From Candidatus Omnitrophota bacterium (lineage in GTDB: Bacteria; Omnitrophota; Gorgyraeia; 1-14-0-20-64-10), in assembly GCA_023818695.1 (NCBI GenBank), contig JAMWCF010000001.1:3538-67537 (forward strand): a DNA stretch of 64,000 bases, in the 5' to 3' direction. Made by a program: the position numbers and the translations under genes. This document shows, piece by piece, positions 1-9,627 of the stretch. Numbering within the stretch: the first letter of the stretch is position 1; every line of letters begins with the position of its first letter. Under the pieces are notes generated by a model. It had not been told where the DNA came from. It worked only from the letters and a program-made list of their open reading frames with translations, and searched no databases.

Positions 1-18
1 CCTGGTTTAAATCCTCCG

Positions 19-36
19 CTTTACAGATTACTTACA
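19..36 (+). promoter_or_regulatory. Putative Pho box: direct repeats TTTACA(20-25)/CTTACA(31-36) at 11-bp spacing, upstream of the small ORF and porin
   Basis: Sequence ctTTACAgattaCTTACAgc; resembles PhoB/PhoP-type TT(A/C/T)ACA direct repeats one helical turn apart; same motif upstream of pstS. Confidence 0.4.
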
Positions 37-122
37 GCTCCATCATCATTCCCTCACCCCCCATCCGTATCCTTTTCATTAAACAGATAAATCAGACTGA
101 AGTCTAACGAGGAGGGTTAGGC

Positions 123-332
123 ATGCGTGAAATGGATAAGCTGACCCAGATCATTCGAAGCCAATCAAAGGCCCTGCAGGCGCTGCTGGTCTACATGGAG
201 AGCCAAGGAAATTGGACGAAAGAGGATGTGAGTTTCTGCCGGCATACCCTGCGGCGAGTGGCGAGGGAATTGATCAGCGCCAGCCGGGGCCGTTTAGGCG
301 AGCTTGAGATCCCTTTCCTGATTCACGGTTAG
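123..332 (+). CDS. Small hypothetical protein (69 aa), probably co-transcribed with the downstream porin
   Basis: ORF with GGAGGG Shine-Dalgarno 6 nt upstream of ATG; normal codon usage; no recognisable family. Confidence 0.4.
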   Translation: MREMDKLTQIIRSQSKALQALLVYMESQGNWTKEDVSFCRHTLRRVARELISASRGRLGELEIPFLIHG

Positions 333-360
333 ACAAAGCAACCTAAGGAGGCAATAAAAC

Positions 361-1665
361 ATGCACGAGAGGATGAAACAGATATTTGCTTTTCTTTTGG
401 CCGGCTTGTTTACGCTGAGCCCCGCTTCCGCGTGGGCCGGCGAGAACGAGATGATGGACGCCCTCATTCACAAGCTGGTTGAAAAGGGGGTGTTGACCCG
501 CGAAGAAGGGTGGGAGATCAAGAAAGAGGTTGCGGAGGAAGCGGCCGGCATGGCGAAAGGGCGCGAGTCCGAAGCCAAGGACGCCGCCTCCAAGATGGCC
601 GGCGGCAGCTGGCTGAAGACCGTCAAGTGGAAGGGGGACCTTCGCCTCCGGCATGAGACCCAGAAGAGGGCGGGGACGGATCGCCTCCGGGAGCGGTTCC
701 GGCTGCGTTTCGGGTTCACCGCCAAGCCGATCGAACCGTTGGAGATCGGCGTGAGACTCGCCACAGGGACGAGCGGCGATCCTGTTTCCACCAATCAGAG
801 TTTCGACACCTCATTTGACAAGAAAGCGATCTTCGTTGACCAGGCGTACGCCACCTACAAGGCTCTCGAGTGGTTAAGCGTCACGGGCGGCAAGATGGAG
901 AATCCCTACTGGCTTTTGCCGGAGGGCCTCGTCTGGGACAGCGATGTGACTCCCGAAGGGGCGGTGGTGCAGCTCAAGAGTCCGACTCCGCTGCCCATCC
1001 TGGATGAGTTCGTGAAGGTGACCCCGTTTGCCAGCGCCGGAGGGTACGTGATCGATGAGATCTCCGGCGATGAAGGGGACCCAGGCCTGTTCGGGTACCA
1101 GGGCGGCGCGACGGTGGAAGGGCTGCCTTTCGACGCGAAGTGGACAACGGCGATCGCCTACTATGACTATACCGGCATCGACGGCAGAAGGACGAGCGAC
1201 ATCACCAATGCCACCGCCGGCAACTCCACGAGCGGTTCGGCGGCGATCCCGATCTTCGGGAACGACTACGACCTGGTGAACGTTTCCAGCGAGTTGAAAA
1301 TCCCGCTTCCGTTCGAATGCGTCCCTCAAATGGTGTTGATGGGGGACTTCGTCCATAACCCCACCGCCCAGGACCATCAGAGCGGCCATATGGTCGGCGT
1401 GAACCTCGGGAAAGTGACCGACAAGCTCGGTAGCTGGGAGGCCTTCTACCACTGGAAGTATCTGGAGCCGGACGCCGTCTTCGGGGCGCTCACCGACTCC
1501 GACTTCGGCGGAGGCGGGACCAACCACCGGGGGCACATCATGGGGGCCAGGATGGGGCTGAACAAGTATGCCGCCGTCTCCGTGAAGTATTTCCGGACGG
1601 AGGAGGTCCGCGGAACCAACGCCCACGTCGATACGCTCCAAGCCGACCTGCAGTTGAAGTATTAA
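361..1665 (+). CDS. Outer-membrane porin with N-terminal signal peptide and coiled-coil segment; possibly a phosphate-selective OprO/OprP-like porin given its pst/Pho-box context
   Basis: Signal peptide MKQIFAFLLAGLFTLSPASAWA; AAGGAGG RBS; beta-rich C-terminal region ending LQLKY; lies directly upstream of pstSCAB-phoU with a Pho box upstream. Confidence 0.55.
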   Translation: MHERMKQIFAFLLAGLFTLSPASAWAGENEMMDALIHKLVEKGVLTREEGWEIKKEVAEEAAGMAKGRESEAKDAASKMAGGSWLKTVKWKGDLRLRHETQKRAGTDRLRERFRLRFGFTAKPIEPLEIGVRLATGTSGDPVSTNQSFDTSFDKKAIFVDQAYATYKALEWLSVTGGKMENPYWLLPEGLVWDSDVTPEGAVVQLKSPTPLPILDEFVKVTPFASAGGYVIDEISGDEGDPGLFGYQGGATVEGLPFDAKWTTAIAYYDYTGIDGRRTSDITNATAGNSTSGSAAIPIFGNDYDLVNVSSELKIPLPFECVPQMVLMGDFVHNPTAQDHQSGHMVGVNLGKVTDKLGSWEAFYHWKYLEPDAVFGALTDSDFGGGGTNHRGHIMGARMGLNKYAAVSVKYFRTEEVRGTNAHVDTLQADLQLKY

Positions 1666-1678
1666 GGGGAGAGATCAG

Positions 1679-1700
1679 CTTACATAATCCTTACAATCGC
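1679..1700 (+). promoter_or_regulatory. Putative Pho box (CTTACAtaatcCTTACAatcgc) upstream of pstS
   Basis: Two CTTACA hexamers exactly 11 bp apart, 60-80 bp upstream of the pstS start; compare E. coli CTGTCATAAATCTGTCAC and B. subtilis TT(A/T/C)ACA repeats. Confidence 0.45.
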
Positions 1701-1763
1701 CAGACAGAACGCTGATTTGTAGACGGTAACTTTGTATATGAAAACAGGAGAAAAAGAGCAGAG

Positions 1764-2774
1764 ATGAAAACGACGCGATGGCTCATAGCGGCGGTCATGA
1801 GCGCCGGACTGGCCCTGCCGGCCCCGGCTCAAGCGGCCGGCCTCAAGGGGAAGATCATGATCGACGGTTCCAGCACCGTTTACCCGATCACGGAGGCGGT
1901 GGCGGAGGAGTTTCAGGAGCAGAACCCGGGCGTTCGGATCACGGTCGGGATTTCCGGTACCGGAGGGGGATTCAAGAAGTTCGGTCGAGGGGAGACCGAT
2001 ATCTCGAATGCCTCCAGGCCAATCAAGTCCTCCGAAGCGGAAGCGGCGAAGAAGTCAGGCGTCGAATATATCGAACTGCCGGTCGCTTTCGACGGTCTGG
2101 CGGTGATGGTTCACCCCAGCAACACCTGGTGCGATTCGATGACGGTGGCGGAGCTCAAAAAGCTTTGGGAACCGGCGGCGCAGGGGAAGATCACCCGCTG
2201 GAATCAGATCCGGGCCGGCTGGCCGGATGAGGAGATCCATCTCTTCGGCGCGGGGGTTGATTCTGGCACCTTCGACTACTTCACCGAGGCGATCGTCGGC
2301 AAGGCCCAGTCGAGCCGGGGGGATTTCACCTCCAGCGAAGATGACAACGTTCTGGTGCAGGGGATCTCGAGCGACCGGCTTGCGCTGGGATTTTTCGGGC
2401 TCGCCTACTACGACCACAACAAGGAGAAGCTGAAGCTGGTGGCGATTGACGATGAGAATTCATCGAACGGCAGCGGCCCGATCCTGCCGACCAGGGAAAC
2501 GGTCGAAGGGGGGACTTACCAGCCGCTGGCGAGGCCGATCTTCATTTATGTCAACAAGAAGTCGGCGGAGCGGCCGGAGGTGAGCGCCTTCGTTCGGTTT
2601 TACCTGGAGAACGCCCCCACGCTGGTCCCGGAGGTCGGTTACATCTCCCTGCCCGGGGAGGTTTACCGGCTGGCCGCTAACCGCTTTGAGGTGAAGAAAA
2701 GCGGGTCTGTTTTCGCCGGCGGCGGTCCGAAGGTGGGAGTGACGCTGGCGAATCTCCTGGAACAAAGCCGTTAG
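1764..2774 (+). CDS. pstS: Phosphate ABC transporter substrate-binding protein PstS
   Basis: Signal peptide followed by [11 protein letters not shown]...ISGTGGG motifs typical of PstS; AGGAG RBS. Confidence 0.9.
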   Translation: MKTTRWLIAAVMSAGLALPAPAQAAGLKGKIMIDGSSTVYPITEAVAEEFQEQNPGVRITVGISGTGGGFKKFGRGETDISNASRPIKSSEAEAAKKSGVEYIELPVAFDGLAVMVHPSNTWCDSMTVAELKKLWEPAAQGKITRWNQIRAGWPDEEIHLFGAGVDSGTFDYFTEAIVGKAQSSRGDFTSSEDDNVLVQGISSDRLALGFFGLAYYDHNKEKLKLVAIDDENSSNGSGPILPTRETVEGGTYQPLARPIFIYVNKKSAERPEVSAFVRFYLENAPTLVPEVGYISLPGEVYRLAANRFEVKKSGSVFAGGGPKVGVTLANLLEQSR

Positions 2775-2778
2775 TCCC

Positions 2779-3762
2779 ATGCAGTTAACCGAAACCCTCC
2801 CTCTTGGAAGAACGCAAGAAGGAGGGTTTGGTTTCTCGAAAAGCAAGGTGATGCCGAGTTTTCCCGTTTCTTCAAGACGAAACAGGCAGAAAGTCCGGGA
2901 AGAGGCGATCCGCGTGACGCTGGCTTCCTGCGGGTTTCTCTCGGTGCTGACGACCCTCGGGATCGTCGGCGTCCTCCTTTTTGAGACACTGGCCTTCTTC
3001 AGGGAGGTGTCCATCTTTAAATTCCTGACCGACACCCAGTGGACTCCCCTGTTTGCCGACAAACATTTCGGCATCTGGCCGCTGGTGGCGGGGACCTTCC
3101 TGACCGCCGCGGCGGCCATCGGGGTGGCCATGCCGGTGGGGATGTTGAGCGCCATCTATTTAAGTGAGTACGCTACCGACCGGTTCAGGAAGGTCGTGAA
3201 GCCGATTCTGGAGATCTTAGCCGGCATCCCGACGGTTGTTTACGGTTATTTCGCTCTCCTGTTCGTCACGCCCCTTCTTCAGAGACTGATCCCCGGGTTG
3301 TCCGGTTTCAACGCCTTGAGCCCCGGCATCGTGATGGGGATCATGATCATCCCGATGGTCTGCTCTTTGAGCGAGGATGCCATGTATGCGGTCCCCCAGA
3401 GTTTGCGGGAGGGGGCCTATGCCCTGGGTTCCTCCCGTCTGCAGGTCGCCTTGAAGGTGGTGGTGCCGGCCGCTTTTTCCGGCATCACCGCCTCCTTCCT
3501 GCTGGCGGTTTCCAGGGCGATCGGAGAGACGATGATCGTGGCGATCGCGGCGGGGCAGCAGCCGCGCTTGACCCTCAACCCGACCGTCCCGGTGGAGACG
3601 ATGACCGCCTACATTGTCCAGGTCAGTCTGGGAGACACGCCGACCGGCACGATCGAGTACAAGACGATTTTCGCGGTCGGCATGGCGTTGTTCCTCTGCA
3701 CGCTGACACTGAACCTTGTCAGCCAGTTCCTGCGGGAACGGTGTCAGGAACAGTACGAATGA
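2779..3762 (+). CDS. pstC: Phosphate ABC transporter permease PstC (start may instead be the ATG at 2851)
   Basis: Multi-TM permease with an EAA-like ABC permease loop; sits between pstS and pstA. Confidence 0.85.
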   Translation: MQLTETLPLGRTQEGGFGFSKSKVMPSFPVSSRRNRQKVREEAIRVTLASCGFLSVLTTLGIVGVLLFETLAFFREVSIFKFLTDTQWTPLFADKHFGIWPLVAGTFLTAAAAIGVAMPVGMLSAIYLSEYATDRFRKVVKPILEILAGIPTVVYGYFALLFVTPLLQRLIPGLSGFNALSPGIVMGIMIIPMVCSLSEDAMYAVPQSLREGAYALGSSRLQVALKVVVPAAFSGITASFLLAVSRAIGETMIVAIAAGQQPRLTLNPTVPVETMTAYIVQVSLGDTPTGTIEYKTIFAVGMALFLCTLTLNLVSQFLRERCQEQYE

Positions 3763-4643
3763 AACTGGAAGGGATGCATCTTCAGAGAATGCTCCGCGGC
3801 CAGAAAAGGTCGGAGCGGGTTTTCAAGATTGTTGCGGGTGGAGCGTTGCTTTTCGCGCTTGTCGCTTTGGCCATCCTGATTATCGACGTCTTCCTCGATG
3901 GCTTCCGCCGGCTGGACTGGCAGTTCCTGACCTCTTTTCCGTCCCGAAAGCCAGAGAGGGCAGGGGTTCTTTCCGCGCTGGTCGGCACGGTCTACATGAT
4001 GGGTTTGACCGCCCTCCTTGCTTTCCCGATCGGCGTCGGGGCGGCGATTTACCTGGAGGAGTATGCCCGTAAGAAAAACTGGTTCTCCCGGCTGATTGAG
4101 GTGAACATAGCGAACCTGGCCGGTGTCCCGTCTATCTTGTACGGTCTGCTGGGACTTGAGTTGTTTGTCCGGATGATGGGGTTGGGACGGTCGGTCCTGG
4201 CGGGGGCGCTCACGATGGCTCTCCTGGTCCTGCCGATCGTCATCATTGCCTCCAGGGAGGCGATCCGGGTCGTTTCTCCCGCCATCAAGGAAGGGTCTTT
4301 CGCGCTGGGGGCAAGCCGGTGGCAGACCATCTGGTACCAGGTCCTGCCGATCGCTTTCCCAGGGATACTGACCGGTTCGATCCTGGCTTTTTCCAGGGTG
4401 ATCGGGGAGGCGGCCCCCATGATCACGATCGGAGCTTTGGCCTTCATCGCTTTCCTTCCGGACAGTCCCTTGTCGCCGTTTACCGTCCTTCCGATCCAGA
4501 TTTTTAACTGGGTCTCCCGCCCGCAGAAAGGGTTCTTCACCTGCGCGGCGGCGGGAATCCTGATTCTGCTGGCTGTGTTGCTGATGATGAACGCGGCGGC
4601 CGTCTTTTTGAGGCAGCGATACCAGAAGAGGTTGTACCTATGA
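3759..4643 (+). CDS. pstA: Phosphate ABC transporter permease PstA
   Basis: ATG at 3759 overlaps the pstC stop (ATGA); six-TM permease; the track ORF 3741 starts 18 nt upstream on GTG. Confidence 0.85.
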   Translation: MKLEGMHLQRMLRGQKRSERVFKIVAGGALLFALVALAILIIDVFLDGFRRLDWQFLTSFPSRKPERAGVLSALVGTVYMMGLTALLAFPIGVGAAIYLEEYARKKNWFSRLIEVNIANLAGVPSILYGLLGLELFVRMMGLGRSVLAGALTMALLVLPIVIIASREAIRVVSPAIKEGSFALGASRWQTIWYQVLPIAFPGILTGSILAFSRVIGEAAPMITIGALAFIAFLPDSPLSPFTVLPIQIFNWVSRPQKGFFTCAAAGILILLAVLLMMNAAAVFLRQRYQKRLYL

Positions 4644-5425
4644 GTCCGGTTGTGGAGCTTAAGGAAGAACAGCCGATCGCTTTCGGCATCCAGGATCTGA
4701 ATGCCTGGTATGGGTCTTTCCAGGCCCTCAAGAATATCAGCATGTCGATTCCGGAGAAGAGGATCACCGCCATCATTGGGCCCTCCGGCTGCGGAAAGAG
4801 CACTCTGATCAGGTGCCTGAACAGGATCAATGATTTGATCCCGGATTTTCGCCTGGAGGGGCAGATCTATTTCAAAGGGAAGGAGATCAACGACCCGTCG
4901 GTGGACCCGATCGAGGTTCGCCTGCGCATCGGCATGGTTTTCCAGAAGCCGAACCCGTTCCCGAAATCGATCTATGATAATATCGCCTATGGGCCCCGGT
5001 TGATCGGCGTCAAGAACGGCAGCCGCTTGGACGGCATCGTCGAAGAGAGTCTGAAGAAGGCGGCCATCTGGAACGAGGTGAAGGATAGTCTGCGCAAGAG
5101 TGCTCTGGCCCTCTCCGGTGGCCAGCAACAGCGATTGTGCATCGCCAGAACTCTGGCCGTTGACCCGGAAGTGCTCCTGCTGGATGAACCGTGCTCCGCG
5201 CTGGACCCGATCGCCACCGGCAAGATCGAGGAGTTGATTTACCGGCTCAAGGAGGAGTACACGGTGGCGATCGTTACGCATAATATGCAGCAGGCCGCTC
5301 GGGTCTCGAATTACACCGGTTTTCTGCTGATGGGGGAGCTGGTGGAGTTCGGACCGACGGAAAAGATTTTCACGAACCCGGCCGATTCTCGGACGGAAGA
5401 GTACATCACGGGACGGTTCGGCTGA
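4640..5425 (+). CDS. pstB: Phosphate import ATP-binding protein PstB
   Basis: Walker [13 protein letters not shown] signature LSGGQQQRL, Walker B LLLDEP; ATGA overlap with pstA. Confidence 0.92.
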   Translation: MSPVVELKEEQPIAFGIQDLNAWYGSFQALKNISMSIPEKRITAIIGPSGCGKSTLIRCLNRINDLIPDFRLEGQIYFKGKEINDPSVDPIEVRLRIGMVFQKPNPFPKSIYDNIAYGPRLIGVKNGSRLDGIVEESLKKAAIWNEVKDSLRKSALALSGGQQQRLCIARTLAVDPEVLLLDEPCSALDPIATGKIEELIYRLKEEYTVAIVTHNMQQAARVSNYTGFLLMGELVEFGPTEKIFTNPADSRTEEYITGRFG

Positions 5426-6117
5426 TGGAAACCGAGGATGGAGGGGGAATTTCCATGTTGAGGCATTTTGACGCGGAGCTGCAGGAGCTCAAGGGACAGA
5501 CTTTGACGATGGCCGGCATGGCCGAGCAGGCGGTCGGCCGGGCGATGAGCGCCCTCGTCGAGAGGGACGCCCCCCTGGCGGAAAAGGTGATCGAGGAGGA
5601 CGCGGCTGTCAACCGGCTGGAGGTCGACATCGAGGAAAAGTGCCTCTCCCTTCTGGCCCGCTACCAGCCGGAGGCGAAGGATCTGCGGACGATTGCGATG
5701 ATCTTCAAGATCGTCAACGACTTGGAAAGGGTTGGCGACCAGGGGGTCAACATCGCCGAGCGGACGCTGGATCTGCTGAAGTACCCTCTGCTGAAGCCGC
5801 TGATTGATCTGCCCCGGATGGCGGTCCTCGCCCAAAGGATGCTCAAGGATTCCCTGGATGCTTTCGTCAACGCCAATCCGGAGCTGGCGAGGGAAGTCTG
5901 CCGCCGGGATTCGGAGGTGGACCATCTCAACGACCAGGTCTATCACGAACTGCTTGTCTACATGACGCAGGATCCAAAGACGATCACCCGCGCGCTCGAC
6001 CTGATTTTGATCGGCCGGTCGCTGGAGCGGGTCGCGGATCACGCCACCAACATCGCCGAAGACGTTTATTACCTCGTCAAAGGGACCACCATCAAACACC
6101 GGCTCGCCGGCGTCTGA
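5425..6117 (+). CDS. phoU: Phosphate signalling complex protein PhoU (alternative start 5455)
   Basis: Two PhoU repeats (FDAELQELK... and ...RVADHATNIAE); TGATG overlap with pstB. Confidence 0.88.
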   Translation: METEDGGGISMLRHFDAELQELKGQTLTMAGMAEQAVGRAMSALVERDAPLAEKVIEEDAAVNRLEVDIEEKCLSLLARYQPEAKDLRTIAMIFKIVNDLERVGDQGVNIAERTLDLLKYPLLKPLIDLPRMAVLAQRMLKDSLDAFVNANPELAREVCRRDSEVDHLNDQVYHELLVYMTQDPKTITRALDLILIGRSLERVADHATNIAEDVYYLVKGTTIKHRLAGV

Positions 6118-6199
6118 CGCGCGGGTGTCCGGCCGGTTTCCTTCCCGTTTGGGGCCCGGCCCCCTCTTGGTGTATCATGGATTTCAGAGGAGAATGCCG

Positions 6200-6556
6200 A
6201 TGAGAACAATCCCCATTCTTTTTTCTGCCGTTGTGTTCTGCCAGATCATCCAGGCGCCCTCCGTTCACGGAATGGGCAAGGAACCCGAGGCGGCGCCCGC
6301 CCAGTTTTCCGCGCGGGGCCGGACCGTCGAGGTTGTCCCGGAGGGAAACTCCGAGTGGGTGGTGACCCTTCAGACCGGCGGGCACGAATCCCTGTCGCTG
6401 CGCTGTTCGGCACAGTTGACGACTGTCATGCAGGGAGGAATCCACCTGCATCCCTCCGAGCTTCGTAAGGGGGATTGGCTGCAGGTGGAAGGGGAGTTGC
6501 TCGGCGGCAAGCGGATTGCCAGGAGGATCTGGATTGAGCTCCCTCCCGCTGAATAA
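6200..6556 (+). CDS. Small secreted hypothetical protein (signal peptide MRTIPILFSAVVFCQIIQAPSVHG)
   Basis: AGAGGAGA RBS 6 nt upstream of ATG 6200; cleavable signal peptide; no recognisable domain; 3' end overlaps the next gene. Confidence 0.4.
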   Translation: MRTIPILFSAVVFCQIIQAPSVHGMGKEPEAAPAQFSARGRTVEVVPEGNSEWVVTLQTGGHESLSLRCSAQLTTVMQGGIHLHPSELRKGDWLQVEGELLGGKRIARRIWIELPPAE

Positions 6557-7745
6557 AGCGGCGGTTCTTCTGGCGCTCGGGTTGGCGGCGGGGATTTTTT
6601 TGCCATCGGTGGGAGATGCCGGGCCGGCGTCCGACCCGCCGTTGGGATTGTGGATCACCTGCCTGGATCCCGAAAGCCCTTTGAATAACCCGGGCCAGGT
6701 TGAGAAACTGGTTTCTTTCGCCGAGCAGGGAAAATTCAAGATCCTCTTCGTCCAGGTTTACCGGGCGGACAAGGCCTGGTTTCTCTCGGAGACAGCGGAT
6801 TCCTCTCCGTACCTGGAGGCCAGGGAAAAAGCCGGCGGGATCGATCCCCTGCAGGAGCTGATCGATCGGGCCCATGGGAAAGGGATCGAGGTCCACGCTT
6901 GGATCAACACCCTGACCCTCTCCAGGAATTTTCAATCCGCCTTCCTGAAGGAATCCGGCGATGAGATTCTAACGAAGGACCAGTACGGCAACAGCGCTGT
7001 CAAGAACGAGGAGGCCTTGGAGGCGCCGTACCGGTATTACGAGCAGGAAAACCAGCTGTTTTTGGAGCCGGGTGATCCCAGGGTAAAGGAGCGGGTCCTG
7101 CGCGTCGTGGCGGAGCTGATCCGCGCCTATCCGACGCTGGACGGGATTCACTTCGACTACATCCGTTACCCGGCGGCGCCCCCGTTTATTCCGGGCTCCC
7201 GCTTCAACGCCGTCGGACTGTCCTACGGCTACGGGGAGCGCAATGTCGAGCGTTTCCGCCAAGCGCACGGCTTCGATCCACACGATGTTCGGGGACAGGC
7301 GGACAAGGCACTGCTGTGGGACCGGTGGAAAAGGGAGCAAATCACCGAGCTGTTGAGGGAGTGCTCCCGGCAGATCAAGGCGTCGGACCCCTCCAAGCAG
7401 GTTTCCTGCGCGGTGGTCCCATCGTTCGACCGGGCCTATCATGCGGCCGGGCAGGATTGGGGAAAATGGCTTGAGGAGAATATCATCGATTTCGCCGTTT
7501 TGATGAACTACTCCGTGGATCACAGAGCCGTGTGGCTGGGTTCCAGGGCCGCCGTCGGGATCGCCGGGGATCCCCGGCGGATCGCCATCGGCTTGGGCGC
7601 TTATCTTCTGGAGAAGGACCCCACGGCCTTCCAAGAACAGATTGACGCCAGCCGCCGTTTGGGTCCCCGAGCGGTTGTCCTCTTCGATTATTCGGCCGCC
7701 TCCCGACTTTCCACTGCGAAATCGGTTTCGATGGATGAGGAGTAA
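6534..7745 (+). CDS. Putative glycoside-hydrolase-like TIM-barrel lipoprotein/secreted protein (YddW / family-10-like)
   Basis: TTG start with AGGAGGA RBS; signal peptide; FKILFVQVYRADKAWF...GIEVHAWINT resembles the YddW/GHL10 family (recalled from memory, not searched). Confidence 0.5.
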   Translation: MSSLPLNKAAVLLALGLAAGIFLPSVGDAGPASDPPLGLWITCLDPESPLNNPGQVEKLVSFAEQGKFKILFVQVYRADKAWFLSETADSSPYLEAREKAGGIDPLQELIDRAHGKGIEVHAWINTLTLSRNFQSAFLKESGDEILTKDQYGNSAVKNEEALEAPYRYYEQENQLFLEPGDPRVKERVLRVVAELIRAYPTLDGIHFDYIRYPAAPPFIPGSRFNAVGLSYGYGERNVERFRQAHGFDPHDVRGQADKALLWDRWKREQITELLRECSRQIKASDPSKQVSCAVVPSFDRAYHAAGQDWGKWLEENIIDFAVLMNYSVDHRAVWLGSRAAVGIAGDPRRIAIGLGAYLLEKDPTAFQEQIDASRRLGPRAVVLFDYSAASRLSTAKSVSMDEE

Positions 7746-9012
7746 ACGTCTGTCCATTCTGTTTCTTCCTCTTTTTATCGGCGCGGGCGCCGTCTTCTTT
7801 CTCTTTTTCACGACGCCGGGCGCCATCTGGCTGACCCGGGGGATCCTTTATCTGGCGTTCGATTCCAGCGCCGTGACTTTTGGAAGCCTGAAAGGGTCCA
7901 TCGGGACCGGCGTTTCCGTGCGGGATATCCAGGTGAGCCGCCTGACTGGATTGCCCGCGGGCTCCGTTCTAAAGGTGCAGGAATTGATCGTCTCCGGCAA
8001 TCCGCTCCATCTGGAGCATATGAAGGCGGAAGTGCGCAATGGCCGCCTTCACCTGCCGGAATCGGACCATCCGGTTTTCTTCGCGGGACGGTATGAAGAT
8101 TTCATCTTCAACATCAACCTTTTCTCAAAAAGCGTCGGAGTCAGGGATACCCTGGAGCTTTTTTCCAAGGAAGGGAACTTCAGCCGGGTAGCCGGTGTGG
8201 TGAGCGACCTGGACGGCTACATCAAGGGTTCCTGGCGCAGGCCTGAAGTCAGCGGGACGCTGAAGATCGAGAACTTTTCCTACAAGGAGTTTTTGCTGGA
8301 AGACTGCCCGGTCTCTTTCCGGCTTCAGATAGAAGGGGTCAAGACGAACCCCGCAGGAACTGGGGAGGTGGTCTTTCAAAGCGGCCGGATCCGCTCCAAG
8401 AGAGCCGTTGTCTCCCTGGAGGAGAGCCGGATGTTGTTTTCAGGCAACCTGAAGGAACCGGACCTCCGTTTCAGCGGCGTGTCCAGAATTGAGGATATCA
8501 AGATCAATATTCAGCTGCTGGGAACGTTGAAAAAGCCGGAACTGCGGTTGAGCTCCGATCCGCCGCTGGCGCAGGAGTCCCTTCTGCTGATGCTGGTGAC
8601 GGGCAAAAAGTGGGGAGGTGTCGACTCGGCAGTCTCTTCGGGGCAGGTCCCTTTGAATCTGGCCAGGGACTTCGTGGACTATTTTATCTTCTCCAACATG
8701 GGGGAACATCTTTCCAAGAAACTCGGGATGGAGGGGGTTTCCCTCACCTACAACACGCAGACGAATGAAATGGGGGTAACGAAATCGGTTGCCGACAAGA
8801 TGGAGTTGCGCTACGGGGTCGAGCGTCCCCGCGCCGGAGAGCAGCCCAAAACAACCGAAACGCACAAGGTTGGAGCGGAAATCAAAATTACGGATAAAAT
8901 CTCTGTAGAGGCCCAAGGGCAAGTCCGCCAGCCTACGGAAGAAGAGGAAAGCCAGCAGGAAACCGCGCAGAAAGACGGAAAGGTTCTCCTGAAGTACAAG
9001 CAGAAGTTTTGA
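7735..9012 (+). CDS. Mini TamB-like protein (N-terminal TM anchor plus DUF490-like C-terminus)
   Basis: ATG overlaps the upstream stop; N-terminal TM LSILFLPLFIGAGAVFFLFF; C-terminal PELRLSSDPPLAQESLLLMLVTGK matches the TamB DUF490 motif (E. coli ...SEPxxSQxxILSLLLTG). Confidence 0.45.
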   Translation: MRSKRLSILFLPLFIGAGAVFFLFFTTPGAIWLTRGILYLAFDSSAVTFGSLKGSIGTGVSVRDIQVSRLTGLPAGSVLKVQELIVSGNPLHLEHMKAEVRNGRLHLPESDHPVFFAGRYEDFIFNINLFSKSVGVRDTLELFSKEGNFSRVAGVVSDLDGYIKGSWRRPEVSGTLKIENFSYKEFLLEDCPVSFRLQIEGVKTNPAGTGEVVFQSGRIRSKRAVVSLEESRMLFSGNLKEPDLRFSGVSRIEDIKINIQLLGTLKKPELRLSSDPPLAQESLLLMLVTGKKWGGVDSAVSSGQVPLNLARDFVDYFIFSNMGEHLSKKLGMEGVSLTYNTQTNEMGVTKSVADKMELRYGVERPRAGEQPKTTETHKVGAEIKITDKISVEAQGQVRQPTEEEESQQETAQKDGKVLLKYKQKF

Positions 9013-9013
9013 A

Positions 9014-9562
9014 ATGCTGAAGCGACTGATTGTCATCGTTCTGGTTTTAGCGTTCGCCCTTTTGCTGGCGGTTTCCTTCGCCTTCCGCTCCTACCGGATC
9101 TTCACCTCGGAGGAGATGGTTGCCATCATCCAGTGCGAACCGCCCCGGGAGGGCTCTGGTTTCGATTTCCAGTTGAAACTGACTCCGGTTGTCGGCGGCA
9201 TGGAGAGGGCACCCACCGTTCATCCGATGCACGGTGAACAATGGATGATCGGCGGGGAGTATCTCAAATGGCATCCCTGGCTGAACCTGCTGGGTTTGAA
9301 AAACCGTCATAAGCTGACTTGGCTTTCCAGCCGCTACGTCGCCGCGGAGGCCGAACTGAAAAAGAGCCGTTCCGTGTATGAGCTCAACGGCGGGACAGGC
9401 CGGGCCTGGCTTCTGCTCTACCGGATCCAATCCGTCCTTCCTTTCGTGGAAGCGGTCTACGGAAACGCCGCCTACACGATGGCCTATTCCGGCGGGACAT
9501 GGGGAGTCTATGCGACCCCTTCCGGATACCTTGTCCGCCGGATCCGGCCTCCTCAACGTTAA
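9014..9562 (+). CDS. Membrane-anchored hypothetical protein (182 aa)
   Basis: N-terminal TM helix LIVIVLVLAFALLLAVSFAF; immediately follows the TamB-like gene; no known domain. Confidence 0.4.
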   Translation: MLKRLIVIVLVLAFALLLAVSFAFRSYRIFTSEEMVAIIQCEPPREGSGFDFQLKLTPVVGGMERAPTVHPMHGEQWMIGGEYLKWHPWLNLLGLKNRHKLTWLSSRYVAAEAELKKSRSVYELNGGTGRAWLLLYRIQSVLPFVEAVYGNAAYTMAYSGGTWGVYATPSGYLVRRIRPPQR

Positions 9563-9606
9563 CGGACAGAACAAGTTACAAGCCATTCCGTTTTGGGATG
9601 GACGCG

Positions 9607-9615
9607 TGCTATAAT
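9607..9615 (+). promoter_or_regulatory. Extended -10 promoter (TGcTATAAT) for purB; predicts a near-leaderless transcript
   Basis: TGnTATAAT at 9607-9615, only 12 nt before the purB ATG, with no Shine-Dalgarno between them. Confidence 0.3.
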
Positions 9616-9627
9616 AAATTTTCTCTA

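Noticed and set aside
874-1641. 255-aa ORF on the minus strand inside the porin gene
   Set aside because: Fully antisense to a well-supported coding gene; a high-GC frame artefact with no RBS and no family resemblance.
4049-5281. 410-aa minus-strand ORF spanning pstA/pstB
   Set aside because: Antisense to two genes with unmistakable ABC transporter motifs; long open frames are expected by chance at ~63% GC.
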